Shown piece by piece: positions 1 to 13,403 of a DNA stretch of 64,000 nt. This stretch comes from Eledone cirrhosa (Eukaryota): the NCBI GenBank assembly GCA_964016885.1, contig OZ024740.1, positions 348,750,001 to 348,814,000 on the forward strand, given 5' to 3'. Positions within the stretch are counted from its first letter, which is position 1; every line of letters begins with the position of its first letter. The translations under genes were made by a program, and so were the position numbers. Under the pieces are notes generated by a model. It ran no database searches. It was not told where the DNA came from and was given only the letters and a program-made list of their open reading frames with translations.

Positions 1-599
1 CGCGAGTTGCTGATCTAAAGCCGGACACAAAGGTATCTTCTGATGTCCACAAGGTGCATCTGGGAGCACTGAGTAGCCTCTCAGAGGCTACGATCATAAG
101 AGCAATTACGTCAGTATTCCGTGTGTCATAATTCTCGATTATCATTGGTTCATAGGTTTCAAAAGACTCCGCCCACCTCAACGACGCCAAACTGAAATTA
201 ATATGCATAATGCCAATGAGGGAGTGAGAGGGGAGAGTGTGAATGCTGTGTTCAATAACTATTAACATGTGTGCGTGTGTATGTACGTGCACGTATGTTT
301 ATGTGTGCGTGCGTGCAGCGTTCCACAGAAAGCAAAAAACTATCAACATGTGTGAGTGTGTGCGTGTGTAAGTTTGCGTGCATGTGCGCCTTTCCATGCG
401 TGTATGTGTGTGGCGTTCCACAATCGCCATGCAGTTTATCTGTCTGTGCGCCTGTCTGTCAGTTTAACATACACAGTTGTGAAGGGAGTAAATAGGGACC
501 TTTCTTTACATTGACGTACATCTTTTATATTTATTATTGTGTAATTTTTTGACAATTGTAATTTTTTGACAATAAAAGCAATTCGACTTTATCAAACAG

Positions 600-3500
600 T
601 GAACTACAGCGGCGACGGCGTGCAGCCAGCAACGAAGAAAAACGGGCCGAACAGCGCCATCGGAAAGCCAAACTTCAGAAGCGAAGACGTGCCTCCATGA
701 ATGAAGAGAAGCTGGCTGAACAACGCCAACGAAACACTGGAGCCAAGCAGCGAAGGCGTGCTGCGATGGTTGAAGACGAACTGGCTGGGCATCATCAGCA
801 GATGGCCAGAATTCAGCAGCAACGGCGTGCTGCGATGGATGAAGAGGAGCTGGCTGAACAGCACCAGCGCAATACAGAAGTTCAGAGAATGTGTCGCCAA
901 AGTGCTCCTCATTCCAGTAAAGAGGCTAGAAGGCGAACGAATGATATTAAAAATGGATCATGGTAACCGTGTAATTTTAAGATTGGTGGACGAGCAGAGT
1001 GTCCACATTGTGGAGATTGCTTTGGAGGCAAGAAAAGACGTGGACAACGTGCTGTCATAAAGGAGCAGTTCAACTAGAACCCTTGCGAATGCCGGATGAT
1101 GAGGAGTCACCGGAGTTTAAAATACTAAGTATGTGGAGTGATGAAGAAGACCGAGGTAGATTACTGCGCAAATATTCGCGGCAAATTAACAATTCATTAG
1201 CTTTAGCATCGCAGAGAGTTAGTGAGATGTTTGAGAGTGGAGTATGGCAACCGAATGTAGTCATTCAAGACCATTTGTATCATTGTATCGGTAATTTAGA
1301 AGTTACCCCAGGAGAGAGGCCTCGATTCGCTCAAATTTACGTTAACGCTCCAGATTATAGTGAATCGTAGGAGGATATCAGGATCGGTTGGATGAAGTTG
1401 CCGGGAAATATAATTGAACTTGAACGGCAAATGTTAAGTGATTTGATCCGTGATTTCCAATCATGGCTTAGACAGTGTAATCCTTATGTTAAGGATTTCA
1501 TGTTGGTGGCTGAATTGCAAAATGTTCAGCAGCAAACATTGGTGATTAAGGCTAACGCAGTGCCAAGGAAATAACACGAACGGCGTTATAATGCCCCTGA
1601 AGGATTTCGTGAGGTAACTGTGTTGAAGGACGATAAGCCTGGATCGAGAGAGATATCGTCCTCAATCGCATATATGGTGGTCTCAAGACTATCAACGAGT
1701 CAAATAGGGCATACGATCCATTGCATTATCTTCTTTTATTCCCAAAAGGTGAAAATGGATGGAACATGTCTGTTCATTTAGATGATCATGAGAATCAGCA
1801 TCAACAGAGAGGTGGCAATAGACACAATAATTCGATTCGCGACTTTTACGCGTTCCACTTGAACGAGAGGAATCAACAGAGAAATGTGCTATTTCAAGCC
1901 AGCAGATTGTTACAGGAATACTTTTGTATGGCATTCGCAAAGATCGAAAATCAAAGGCTAAATTATATACCTACATATCAGCAACATATCAGAGCTGAAT
2001 GGCATAATAATATACAGGACGCGATAACAGCCGATGCTGCCAATTACAAGCAAATTGGTCGACGCATCGTTTTGCCATCGTCGTTCATCGGCGGCCCGAG
2101 ATATATGAACATTCGCTATCAGGATGCAATGGCTATTGTCAGAAAGTTTCGAAAGCCAGATTTATTTATAACGGTTACATGCAATCCTGAATGGACTGAT
2201 ATTAAGGATGCACTTTTGCCAGGACAACTGTCAAAGGACTGTCCTGATATTGTGGCAAGAGTATTCAAAGGATATCTGAAAAAGATAATGGATGATGTGG
2301 AAAAAGAGGGAATCTTTGGAGGTATAGTTGCTTTTACATACGTAATTGAATTCCAAAAAAAGAGGATTGCCACATGCACATTTGATGATCATTTTACATA
2401 GAGATTGCAAATTGAGATGTGCTGAGGATGTCGACAGAATTGTGTGCTGAACTGCCGGAGAATGAGGCACTACGCAACTTGGTGGCAAAGATAATGGTGC
2501 ACAACCAATGCAGAGTGGCAAATCGGAAAGCGCCTTGCATGAAAAATGGCCAATGCAGTAAGCACTTTCCGAATTCTTTTGTCACGAACACTTCCTGGAA
2601 CGATGGCGATGCTCATGCCTCATACAGAAGACGGCAGATGGCGGTTTGGTCGAAAATGTAAACGGTCGACAGGATACAAATCAATGGGTTGTGCCATACA
2701 ATCCATATTTGATTATGAAATATCGTTGTCATATTAATGTGGAAATTTGTAGCTCAGTGAAAGCTTGTAAATATCTATTCAAATATGTTTACAAAGGTCA
2801 TGATCGGGCAATGATCAATGTCAGGAATGAGGAAGCGAACCAAGGAGATGAAGTTGGCCGGTTCCAGGATGTTCGCTCGATTGGATCTAGCGAAGCTTGC
2901 TGGAGATTGTTCGATTTTGATCTCAATGAACGCAAACCCAGCATTCAGAAACTGACGGTTCACTTAGAGAATAGACAAATGCTCTGTTTTCAAGACACTA
3001 GTAGACGTGTGGAAAGACTTGCTAACGCACCACCTCCTAAGACGGAATTGACTGAGTGGTTCAAGCATAATAGGCAACTCTACTGCGATTTCCCTTCGCA
3101 CTACACGTGGGATAAGACGGGAAAGAAATGGAATGATAGAAAACAAAGTTGAGATTCATGACTATTGAACGGGTTTGTAATGCCCATGCAGCATCTGGTG
3201 ATGTGTTTTATCTCCGAATTCTGTTGCATAATGATTTTTCGAGAGGTAAACAGAGCTTTGCTGATTTGAAAACAATCAATCAATGGCGTGAAATATGAAA
3301 TATACCAGGCTGTGTGTCAGCATCTGGGACTCCTTCAGGATGACGCTGGATGGAATAACGCCATGTAAGCTGCAGGAACAACACAGATGCCGGCTCAAAT
3401 AAGGCAGTTGTTTGTCACGATTCTAGGATTCTGCAATACTGCCGATCCAAGAGAGTTATTTGAACGCCATTGGGGAATTATGGCTGATGATTTTAGGCAT

Positions 3501-5150
3501 CATCTTCAGGTCGATGATGAAAATTTGAAGAAAGCTATTGTTTTGCTCAATATTGAGCAACTGCTTGAAGTTCATTTCAAATGTTTAACAGATTTCAATT
3601 TTCAATTCCTGATGAAGAAATGCGGCAACGTGTCTTAGCATTGAATATGAGATTTCAGCTTAGACGGTTGCCACTCGATCGTAGGGAACTATTCCAGTTT
3701 GATCCACTGGAACATCAACGTATTGTGGATGAACGTATGCCAATGTTGACCTAATCTCAGAGAGAATTGGGCGATGGCGTTCTCCACTCGATTTCCACTA
3801 ATGAGCAACTTTGTGCTTTCATAGATGCTCCAGGAGGCACCGGAAAGACATTCTGTTTCAACACTATGTTATCGGCAGTCAGAGCTCAGAGGAAGATTGC
3901 TCTCCCTGTGGCCACCAGTCGGAACGCTGCCACTTTGCTGAGTGGTGGAAGCACTTTCCACTCATGCTTCAAGGCTCTATTGGCTCCGGGTGAGTTGAGT
4001 GTCTTTAACATTACAGGACAAAGTGAACTCGCGGGCCTTATACGCAATACGTCTCTGATTATTTGGGACGAGGCTCCAATGGCACACAGATATTTTCTGG
4101 AGGCATTGAACAGAACTTTGAGAGATATCTGCGGTAGTGACCTGCCATTCGGTGGTAAGACTACCGTTCTTGGTGGCGATTTCAGACAGATGCTACCAAT
4201 TGTTAGGAATGCTCAAAGAGCGCAAATTGTCGATGCATGTCTGAAAAACTCCCCGTTGTGGCGCCATTTCAGAGTTTTGCGATTACACAATAATATGCGA
4301 CTTCGTATGTTCGGGCAAAACGAAGAGGCTGAGACATACGGCCGATGGTTGATCCAGTTGGGAAACGATTGATTGCCACACGTTGGTGATAATCAGACTG
4401 TAAGAATCCCAGACCATTTGGTCATGCCACTGGACCGCCAAGCATCGATTGACTGAGTGTTCCCTAATTTGCATGCTTTTTGGCAGAATATCTCCTGAAT
4501 ATCGGAACGCGTTATTCTAACTCATACGAATGCAACGGTCGATGAAATAAATTCACAAGTAGCCGAAATGTTTCCTGGAGAGGAATGGTTGACCGTCAGT
4601 GCAGATACAATGGAGCCTAATCAACAGAACAATATGGATGTTCCGACTGAGTATCTGAATTCACTTCAAATACCTGGATTTCCCCCCACATATTTTGAGG
4701 TTGAAAAAGGGTATGCCGATTATATTGCTAAGAAATATAAATCATAAAATGGGTCTTTGCAATGGTACCAGATTGATTGTTGAGAGATTGCTTAACGGAA
4801 GAGTTTTAGAAGCTAAACTTCCAGGCAGAGAGGAATCGGTTCTAATTCCGAGGATCATGCTGAGACCAAGAGAAGATCTGCTGCCATTTATTTGGCAAAG
4901 GAGACAGTTTCCCGTCAATTTGGTCTTCTCCATGACTGTTAACAAGGCACAGGGACAGACTTTCAAGCGAGTCGGTGTCTACTTGAATGATCCAGCATTG
5001 GACGTTGCTGCATCTCGAGTGTGCGATCCTGGTGGTATAATATTTGCAATTGATACCACTAACAGAGGAACAACCCTAAATATTGTCTATAATGAAGCTT
5101 TGAGCTGTTGTTTGTATATCTTTAATGCTATCAATAAGCGACGAAAATGA
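600..5150 (+). pseudogene. Helitron RepHel (HUH-Y2 Rep + PIF1-like SF1B helicase), multiple stops and frameshifts
   Basis: Rep motifs: PDLFITVTCNPEW; EFQK-RGLPHAH (across an A-run frameshift near 2355); KYLFKYVYKG. Helicase motifs: DAPGGTGKT, IIWDEAPM, LGGDFRQ, LCNGTRL, QFPV..FSMTVNKAQGQT. N-terminal QQRRAAMxEEELA coiled-coil repeats. Confidence 0.95.
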
Positions 5151-5465
5151 TTCGGACATTGGTGTCCTTTGATCAGTATTGTGAGCTTTGACAGAGTTAT
5201 CATTTCTGTTCAATGTCATTTAATTTCGTTATGAGCAATAAAATCAAACAAGTATTGGTAAAAATTGCTTCCACTGCTATGTTGCGCAATAAATACCAAC
5301 AAGTATTGGTAGAAATAGTATTGCTATGAATATTCGACGTAAATGATTCAGACATTGGTGTCCTTTCATCAGTATTGTGAGTTTTGACAGAGTTTTCATT
5401 TCTGTTCAATGTCATGTATTGTCGATAATGAGCAATAAAAACCAATAAGTATTGGTAGAAATTGT
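5146..5465 (+). repeat. Imperfect tandem duplication (about 196 bp period) in the Helitron 3' region
   Basis: aatgattc(g/a)gacattggtgtccttt..cagtattgtgag..ttgacagag starts at about 5146 and again at about 5342. Confidence 0.8.
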
Positions 5466-6861
5466 CTTCAAATTTATCGCTTCTGATTGCGGTGGTAATA
5501 AAACCTCATCATATGCTGAGTCCTGCAAAAAGGTTGGATCCTATGGCCGGCCATGGCTAGAGTAATATTGAAAAACGATTCTATTTTCGAAGTAGAAGGA
5601 TCCGCCATTTGGAGTTCAAACCAGGCCACCTCCCCGAGTTGAACTCTGGGCAATATTGACTGTCTATTACTCAGTGGCTAAGAGAGTGGAAATTACTGAA
5701 CACATTTTTGTGTCATATAATTTGTTGTTTTATTATTATAGCCGACCACTTATAGATAAGCATGTTATCCATATCCATATTAATTTAGCATTTGTATAAA
5801 CCATTTCAAGTAAATAGGGACCTTTTTTACATTGATGGATATATTTTGCAATGATACACGTTTTACAGTCAGACAGAAGATGAACCATCTCCTAGAGGTC
5901 ACTATTCTAGGTGGGAACACAGACAACACGGACTCGCCTCATACTGTAACCAGAGAAAAATCCAATACAGTCATTTTCTCTTTTACCTGTCTTCTCTTAT
6001 CATCTGTTTACCCGTGCGAAGCTGGTTACGTCAGCTAGTAGAAATTAATTTAAAATTTAGATAGCTACGGAAATATACTTTTACGTTATTGGATAGAGTT
6101 GAGAAACATTGAGAGAAAGGGGACAAAAACGAGAGAGAAAAGGAAAGAGAAGCAAATGTTAAACAACAGATGGAGTAAAGTAAATAAGGAAAATGCATGA
6201 AAATGGAATCAAAAGAAACAGGAATTAGTTAAGTGTGCAAATAAAGTACGATGCCTATGAGGAGGGGAGACAACTTATATATATATGAGATAAGCCACCA
6301 AAAGAATAAAAAATAAGTAAACATTTCTAAATATGAGAATATTAGTATAGGTTTGGTGTGAATGGCAATAATAAAAAATTTAAAAAGTACACGTATTTTT
6401 TAATATATGCATGTATATAATCATTATATATAAATTATAGAAAAAGGTATAAATATGTAAAATTATAAGGATACACATATACATTTATATAAACATATTC
6501 ATAAATACAGATAGAAATACCTTCGCCAGTTAAATCAGTGGCTGGTGGAATTCTTTGCACCGAAGCCAGAAGAATTTCACGTATCTTCCTAAACGATGGC
6601 AGGCGGTAATTACAAATGATGGCGATTATTCTGACTTGTAGAATTTCCTAACGCCAAATTCAATAAAAATTTGACTTTCTGTCCAACCTAATAGTTATAA
6701 AACAAATTAGAATAACAGAAATACATTCTTACATAGTTTAATCCTTAAAATTGGTTCTTGAATCATAGTAACAAACTCATAATAACATGTTCACCTCGCT
6801 TAACATACTCTTTTTTAAAAAGATTTGACTCAACCTAATCTACCTGTTGTTTATTTTTTTT

Positions 6862-6930
6862 TTTATTAATCCATTTTATTAATCCATTTTATTAATCCAT
6901 TTTATTAATCCATTTTATTAATCCATTTTA
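6862..6930. repeat. 13-bp tandem repeat (TTTATTAATCCAT) x5
   Basis: Directly visible. Confidence 0.9.
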
Positions 6931-7419
6931 ACCTGAATTTCCACTAGTTCATTTGACCAGTATCTATATTAAGAATTAGTTTTCGCCACTGTCTCATCTT
7001 ACTAGTGTGTATATTTTACATTACCGTCATATTTTTCTTACTACATTAGGTATTTCTAGACAATATAAGTACTTATATTTCAATCGCCCAGCGAATTTGT
7101 ATAGAGCTTCTGCCTCCCTTCACTCTTCCGCATTTTCCACTTGTTTTTATGCCTTTCTTTTCTTTTTCCCCCATTATACTTTCATCATTGAATACTAATG
7201 TTCAACAATGAAATACACAATCAAAGAGGGAAATAACTTAAATTTATCAATGTTTTTATCAATGTTTTAACATCTTGAGTTATTTCCCTTGTCCCAAAAA
7301 TGCTACAAGGAAATTTGAGTTCCGTCGTATACCAGTTTTAATGAACGTTGCAAATCATCTTGATACATGACCTTCTTTACTACAGCAAACGAGTTCTGCT
7401 AAAGAACGCTGATGAAACC

Positions 7420-7860
7420 ATATTACATACTTGAATAAATTTTAAACTAACTGACTGGCACCGGCTAGATATAGTCGGGGTTTCCTCTACAAAGTTCTGT
7501 GGCACTGTAGATTTGGATAGAGAGTGGACATTACACTATTTACGTGTGACGCCAGAAATCCTCACTAGACCCGACTATAAAAATATGTTAAGGACTTGAT
7601 CCCATTAGTGGGGAGGATTTGCCTTTTGAAGTTTAGACTGAAAGATAGGTGTTTGTGGGTGGTCCAAGTTTATGCACCGGACAAAGAGTCTGAATACAAA
7701 TGCTTCCTTAATGAAGTCACTTCATCATTAGATGTAGATAAGAATGAGAAATTTCATTGTCCAATTTGTTGCTCTCCACTTGGCATAGAAAGGAGTAATG
7801 GGAAGAACTGCGATCCTAATCAAAATACAAATGATCGTCGGAGCTCAGCAGAGGTCCGAT
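7420..7860 (+). mobile_element. Decayed RTE-like LINE AP-endonuclease fragment
   Basis: LDIVGVSST ... RICLLKFRLKDRCLWVVQVYAPDKESEY..FL resembles the APE domain of RTE-clade LINEs. Confidence 0.6.
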
Positions 7861-8010
7861 GAGTTTGATTCCAGAATCGGGCCAAATCGATACAGAAGGA
7901 ACCTTCAATATATATAAGAAACTAAAGGAGCTGTGTGATGACTAAAAACAAGGTTTAGTATGGTGGTTTGGACGGAATAAGAGGAGAAAAGAAGAAAGAA
8001 TCCATCGTCA

Positions 8011-8137
<127 letters not shown>

Positions 8138-8168
8138 CATGAAACAAAGTTCTGTTTAAATCATTTAT

Positions 8169-8217
8169 TTCCTTACAATTGTTTCTTCCAAACCGAGGTT
8201 TGGAATCTTCGGAGCAA
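8169..8217 (-). ncRNA. Minimal type-I hammerhead ribozyme, CCGAAGA core variant
   Basis: Minus strand: UUGCU CCGAAGA UUCCAAACC UC GGUUUGGAA GAA ACAAUUGU A/ AGGAA. Palindromic helix III. Confidence 0.75.
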
Positions 8218-9689
8218 TTATTCAGTGATTTTTAACATACTTGACCTCCTTTTCAACACAAGAGACATATAGAAACATATGTATATATTGACCCACACTG
8301 GGTTGACCTCCATTATAATAATATACCATGGTAATTTACATACAAAGATTACAGTCATATTAAAGGACAAAATTAAAGTTAAAATTAAAATTAAAATTAA
8401 AATAAAACATTGGCAGTCTACTAAGATAAAGCAAAAGGAAAGTTTGGAGTAGCCAGTGTATGCAACAGTCACACGTGTGGCATGCACGCGTGTCCTATTT
8501 ATACAAGATTATAGTGCGGCAGATTGTTACAAGTAAAACAAGCAGTCAAAGCAGGTAATCAAGAGCATCATGGGGGCCGAACTGGTAAAGCATTATTCAC
8601 ACACACCTGTACGATATAGAAGCCCGTGTGTGGAGAAACACCAAAAATATCAAAAATATTACAAATGAGAAGCAAAACAGCACCACTGTCCTCGTACACA
8701 CCACCACTCTCACAATCCAGGAAACGCAATTTATAGACTACATGTCCATCTCACAATCCACGATGATTCAACATTGGGTGCCTGGTGAACCATGCTAGAA
8801 CATCACAGCTTGTCGTTCTTTAATTCGATTCTATAGAGCAGGTTGTTTTTGTTGTGAGAGATGACATCGTATTATATTCCGGAAGTGTGTGTGTGATTAA
8901 GGGGGGTTAATGCGTAAGGGGAGGTAATTAGCTGATTTCTGTAGCTAAATTTATTATCCTAAAGTACATTAATGGTGTTTCAAATGAGTTCCCATCATAT
9001 AAGGTTATAAACAATTTCTAAATTTAAGTATATTATCTATAAATTACAGTGTAGTCTATCAAGAAGTACGAAAGGTGTTCATATTACGATGAATACCTTC
9101 TATCATAGAGTGCCCCCACCGAACATTCCACATGAAGTGTCAGATCTCCAAATCAATGATCTTTGTAAGTGTAGTCCACCCGCAGGACTTGGCAGGGTCC
9201 TATTAGAATCACTTCTATATATGACTCCTGGTAATTTCTGGGTCATTGCATATCTGATTGCATGGCAAAGTTAAATATCACTAGGGTAGTCCAGAGATCA
9301 ATTCTCACCTACAAAGACACTAATCTGACCATCAAGTCATACATGTATTTATAACTCATACATCACCTGTACATAATTCATTGCACTCAGCATATAGATT
9401 ATATAGCTCTTTTATGTTAATAAATTAATTACTTAATCTTCCATGTATCCAATGATGGCACTACATACACAGGACAATGTTAGCACAATCAATTCCGTGC
9501 TTAAAGTTTACATTGGTGTAATGTAGTCTAAGCAATTGAAGGCCAATATACCAAAAGTAGAAGTACATGGGGATATCTCCAAGGTAAAAGGTACTAGGAG
9601 GATGTCACTATTTGCGTTAAAGTGGATTAATGGGTGTGGAGATGAGGTGTAAGGTGTGCCCCTGATGATTGCTGCTAGAGGTGGTGACG

Positions 9690-11080
9690 GGTTCAAGTCT
9701 GACATTGTTATATATTGGGTTTAAAGTTTTGGAAGGAGTGTCGGAAGCGGTGTTGGCAAGACGCGAACACTTCTGATTTTTTATTAAGGAGGTTATGGTT
9801 TGAGAAGATGATAGTATGGGTCTCTAGTAGACAGAGGTTACAAAATTTATTAGGTGGTTTGTACGATGTCGCGTTACCTATCACTTCCCATTTAAGTGTA
9901 TATGGTTTATTTTTAGTTTTTAGATAGTGTATGTAGCTAGATAGTGAAGTGGAGTTGGCTAGACTGTGTTTTTTGAAAGAGTGGAGGTGCGAATTGTATC
10001 TGGTTTTGAAGCAGTTTGAAGTAGAGCCTATATAGGTTTCAGAAGAGTTGCTAGTTGTGACTGTGCATTAGTATATGATATCCTTGGTTAAGCATTTTTT
10101 TATCTAAAGGGCAGGTTCTATTTGATCTACAGTTACAATTATTCTGGGTGTTAGTCTGCCGGTTATTATGTTGTATAGAAGTCTGGATGGTAGTTATAGG
10201 GTTATGGTTATGTGGGTTGACGTTCCCAGCGTTATTGTTTACACTAGTGTTATTACTATTATTTCTATTGATATTAGGGTTAGTTGCTATAATGTTATTT
10301 TGAAGGTTTATCGTCTGTTGTGATTTAGTTTGCTGGAAGTAAGAATTAATTTTTCTTTTATTGCTACTAGCTATGTGGTATGCTATGTTAGGCGTAGTAG
10401 AGTAGGAGATTTTAATAGTGTTTTTGTTTAAAAGGCTATGGTACTTATGGCCGGATGGAAAGTTTTTATCTAGTAGTGAGAAGAAAGCTCTAGGTAGGTT
10501 GGTAGAGACGTTTAGATTGAAAGGAGGGTTGAAAAATGTATTATTTCTTATTCTATTTTTGTTTTTTATGTCTGGTGAGTTGTTTCCTTTTATGGTACTA
10601 TGGTAATTTCTGTGGTGTGGGTTACTTTTGTTTGCATCTTCAGTATTAGTGTGTGCGTTGCTATTCCTATTACTAAATTTCCTCATGGACATGTTGTGCG
10701 AAATAATGTTGTAGCTATGTGTTTTTGTAGGTAGGAACTCGATCTCTATGTTATGGCCTGATCTAGCTAATGCCTGATTATAATATTGCGAGTTTTTGCT
10801 AAATATGTTTACGTCATAGGATAGATTAGAGATTCTATTAGATACTCCCTTAGAGATAGAGTTTAATATAGATCTAGGGTGGTTAGACGTGGTATCTACG
10901 TAAATGAGTTTTTCATTAGGTTTGTGGAAAGGTGCATATATCTTTGAGTCAAGGTAGAGGGTGGCGTCCAGGAAGTTAATGTTTTTAGTGTTTTTGTCCA
11001 TGGTAATACTAAGGTTATAGTTTTTGAATGTCTTGTGCAATAGTTTTCTAGTTCTTTCTATATTGAATTTTTTATAATCT
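9690..11080 (-). pseudogene. PLE RT C-terminus, CNCR..CPL linker and GIY-YIG endonuclease (frameshifted)
   Basis: NFLDATL..PFHKPN..YV...SNHP; FFNPPF; IKISYS; CNCRSNRTCPL; then ETYIGSTSNCFKTRYNSH and CNLCLLE in the next frame. Confidence 0.9.
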
Positions 11081-11439
11081 ATTCAGCCCCCATGATGCTC
11101 TTGATTGCCTGTTTTGACTGCTTGTTTTACTTGTAACAATCTGCCGCACTATAATCTTGTATAAATAGGACACGCGTGCATGCCACACGTGTGACTGTTG
11201 CATACACTGGCTACTCCAAACTTTCCTTTTGCTTTATCTTAGTAGACTGCCAATGTTTTATTTTAATTTTAATTTTAACTTTAATTTTGTCCTTTAATAT
11301 GACTGTAATCTTTGTATGTAAATTACCATGGTATATTATTATAATGGATGTCAACCCACTGTGGGTCAATATATACATATGTTTCTATATGCCTCTTGTG
11401 TTGAAAAGGAGGTCAAGTATGTTAAAAATCACTGAATAA

Positions 11440-11488
11440 TTGCTCCGAAGATTCCAAAACTCGGTTTGGAAGAAACAATTGTAAGCAA
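11440..11488 (+). ncRNA. Minimal type-I hammerhead ribozyme, CCGAAGA core variant
   Basis: UUGCU CCGAAGA UUCCAAAAC UC GGUUUGGAA GAA ACAAUUGU A/ AGCAA. Helix I UUGCU/AGCAA is perfect. Confidence 0.8.
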
Positions 11489-11685
11489 ATAAATGATTTA
11501 AACAGAACTTTGTTTCATGTAATCTCTATATAACTGCTCTGTAAAACAACTGATGTTGTTACATTGAGCTATTTATCTTACTGGTAATAAGATAGTAATA
11601 AATTACTCTCTTTCACTATTTAGGGTATAATATATATATAACTATAAAAGGTTTTAGTATATACATAACCATAAATAGTATCCTT

Positions 11686-11727
<42 letters not shown>

Positions 11728-11824
11728 TTCGTATTTCTAAAGAAACACGGTTTTAGGAAGCCGTAGCTATGCAAACACCGGAGCTAACGCCCTCTGGTGG
11801 TGTCCAGCAGAAGCAAGAGAGACA

Positions 11825-11868
11825 ACCGTCTATGCATTTCAAAATTAACTGGCCTTCTTCAGGTCGGT
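11825..11868 (-). ncRNA. Minimal type-I hammerhead in a short solo pLTR fragment (about 11724-11955)
   Basis: ACCGAC CUGAAGA AGG..UUU GAA AUGCAU A/ GACGGU. Palindromic helix III, weak helix II. Confidence 0.65.
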
Positions 11869-11950
11869 CCCTCCCACCCCTTGCAACTGCTGGACTTGAA
11901 AACAGTCGAACATATATAGTTTTTTCGTCTGTGTAAATGAGATTAATCAC

Positions 11951-12663
<713 letters not shown>

Positions 12664-12667
12664 AAGA

Positions 12668-12960
12668 GAAAAGGTGAAATTGGAAATAGCACGGAAAATA
12701 TATTTAATGGTCTGTTTTTACTTTTTTCCTTTTCTTTGATTCGTCAAAGTGACATTATTGAAAAAAAATGCGAGTGACAATTCTTTTTAAAAAGAGTTTT
12801 ATAATGTATATAAAGTATATAAAGTTTCGATGTATTTGTAAAATTCATCTTATCAAAAAATTAATAAGAATTAATAAGAATTAAAAACTAAAAATTAAAG
12901 ATTTAAAATTAAGTGTTGAGCTAAGTTTTTTCTCATCTTCCTTTTTGAGAAGGAGACTGG
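12668..12960 (-). repeat. AT-rich dispersed repeat family (probable PLE solo pLTR), copy 1
   Basis: Shares ttcgtcaaagtgacattattgaaaa..gtttcgatgta..ttcatcttatcaaa..attaagtgttg with copies at about 21090-21700, 31355-31740 and 35198-35560. Confidence 0.75.
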
Positions 12961-13346
12961 AAAATGAACTCTTGTGTATAGAGAGAGAGTTGTGTAGTCA
13001 TGATAGTAGCAGCAGCAGTGTTGGTAGGTGTGTTTTTTCACATACAACAAAATTGTTTTTAGGGATAAAGTAAATATTCTGTAAATATGTGTGTGTGTAT
13101 CTCAATTGTGCTAATGAACTGGTCAAAAATTCAGATGGGGGTGGCGAAGAGGGGAATTGTAAGCTAGAGACAAATTCTATGGGATTGGCAACAGTAAGAT
13201 TGTAAAAGAAATTCTATGAAGAATTCTACATGAGTGGTAAAATACAGCGCCAATTTTTGTGGCGAGTGACTGCGAGTGCTTATTTTCTTCCACCTCACAT
13301 ATATATATATATAAGTTTATCCCGGGTTCAATCGGGGATAACCACA

Positions 13347-13402
<56 letters not shown>

Positions 13403-13403
<1 letters not shown>

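Larger units (their letters stand above)
1..6038 (+). mobile_element. Helitron rolling-circle transposon, decayed autonomous copy (5' end probably upstream of window)
   Basis: Contains RepHel remnants. Ends in an imperfect hairpin cccgtgcgaagctggt followed by CTAG|T at 6035-6039, the canonical Helitron 3' terminus. Confidence 0.9.
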
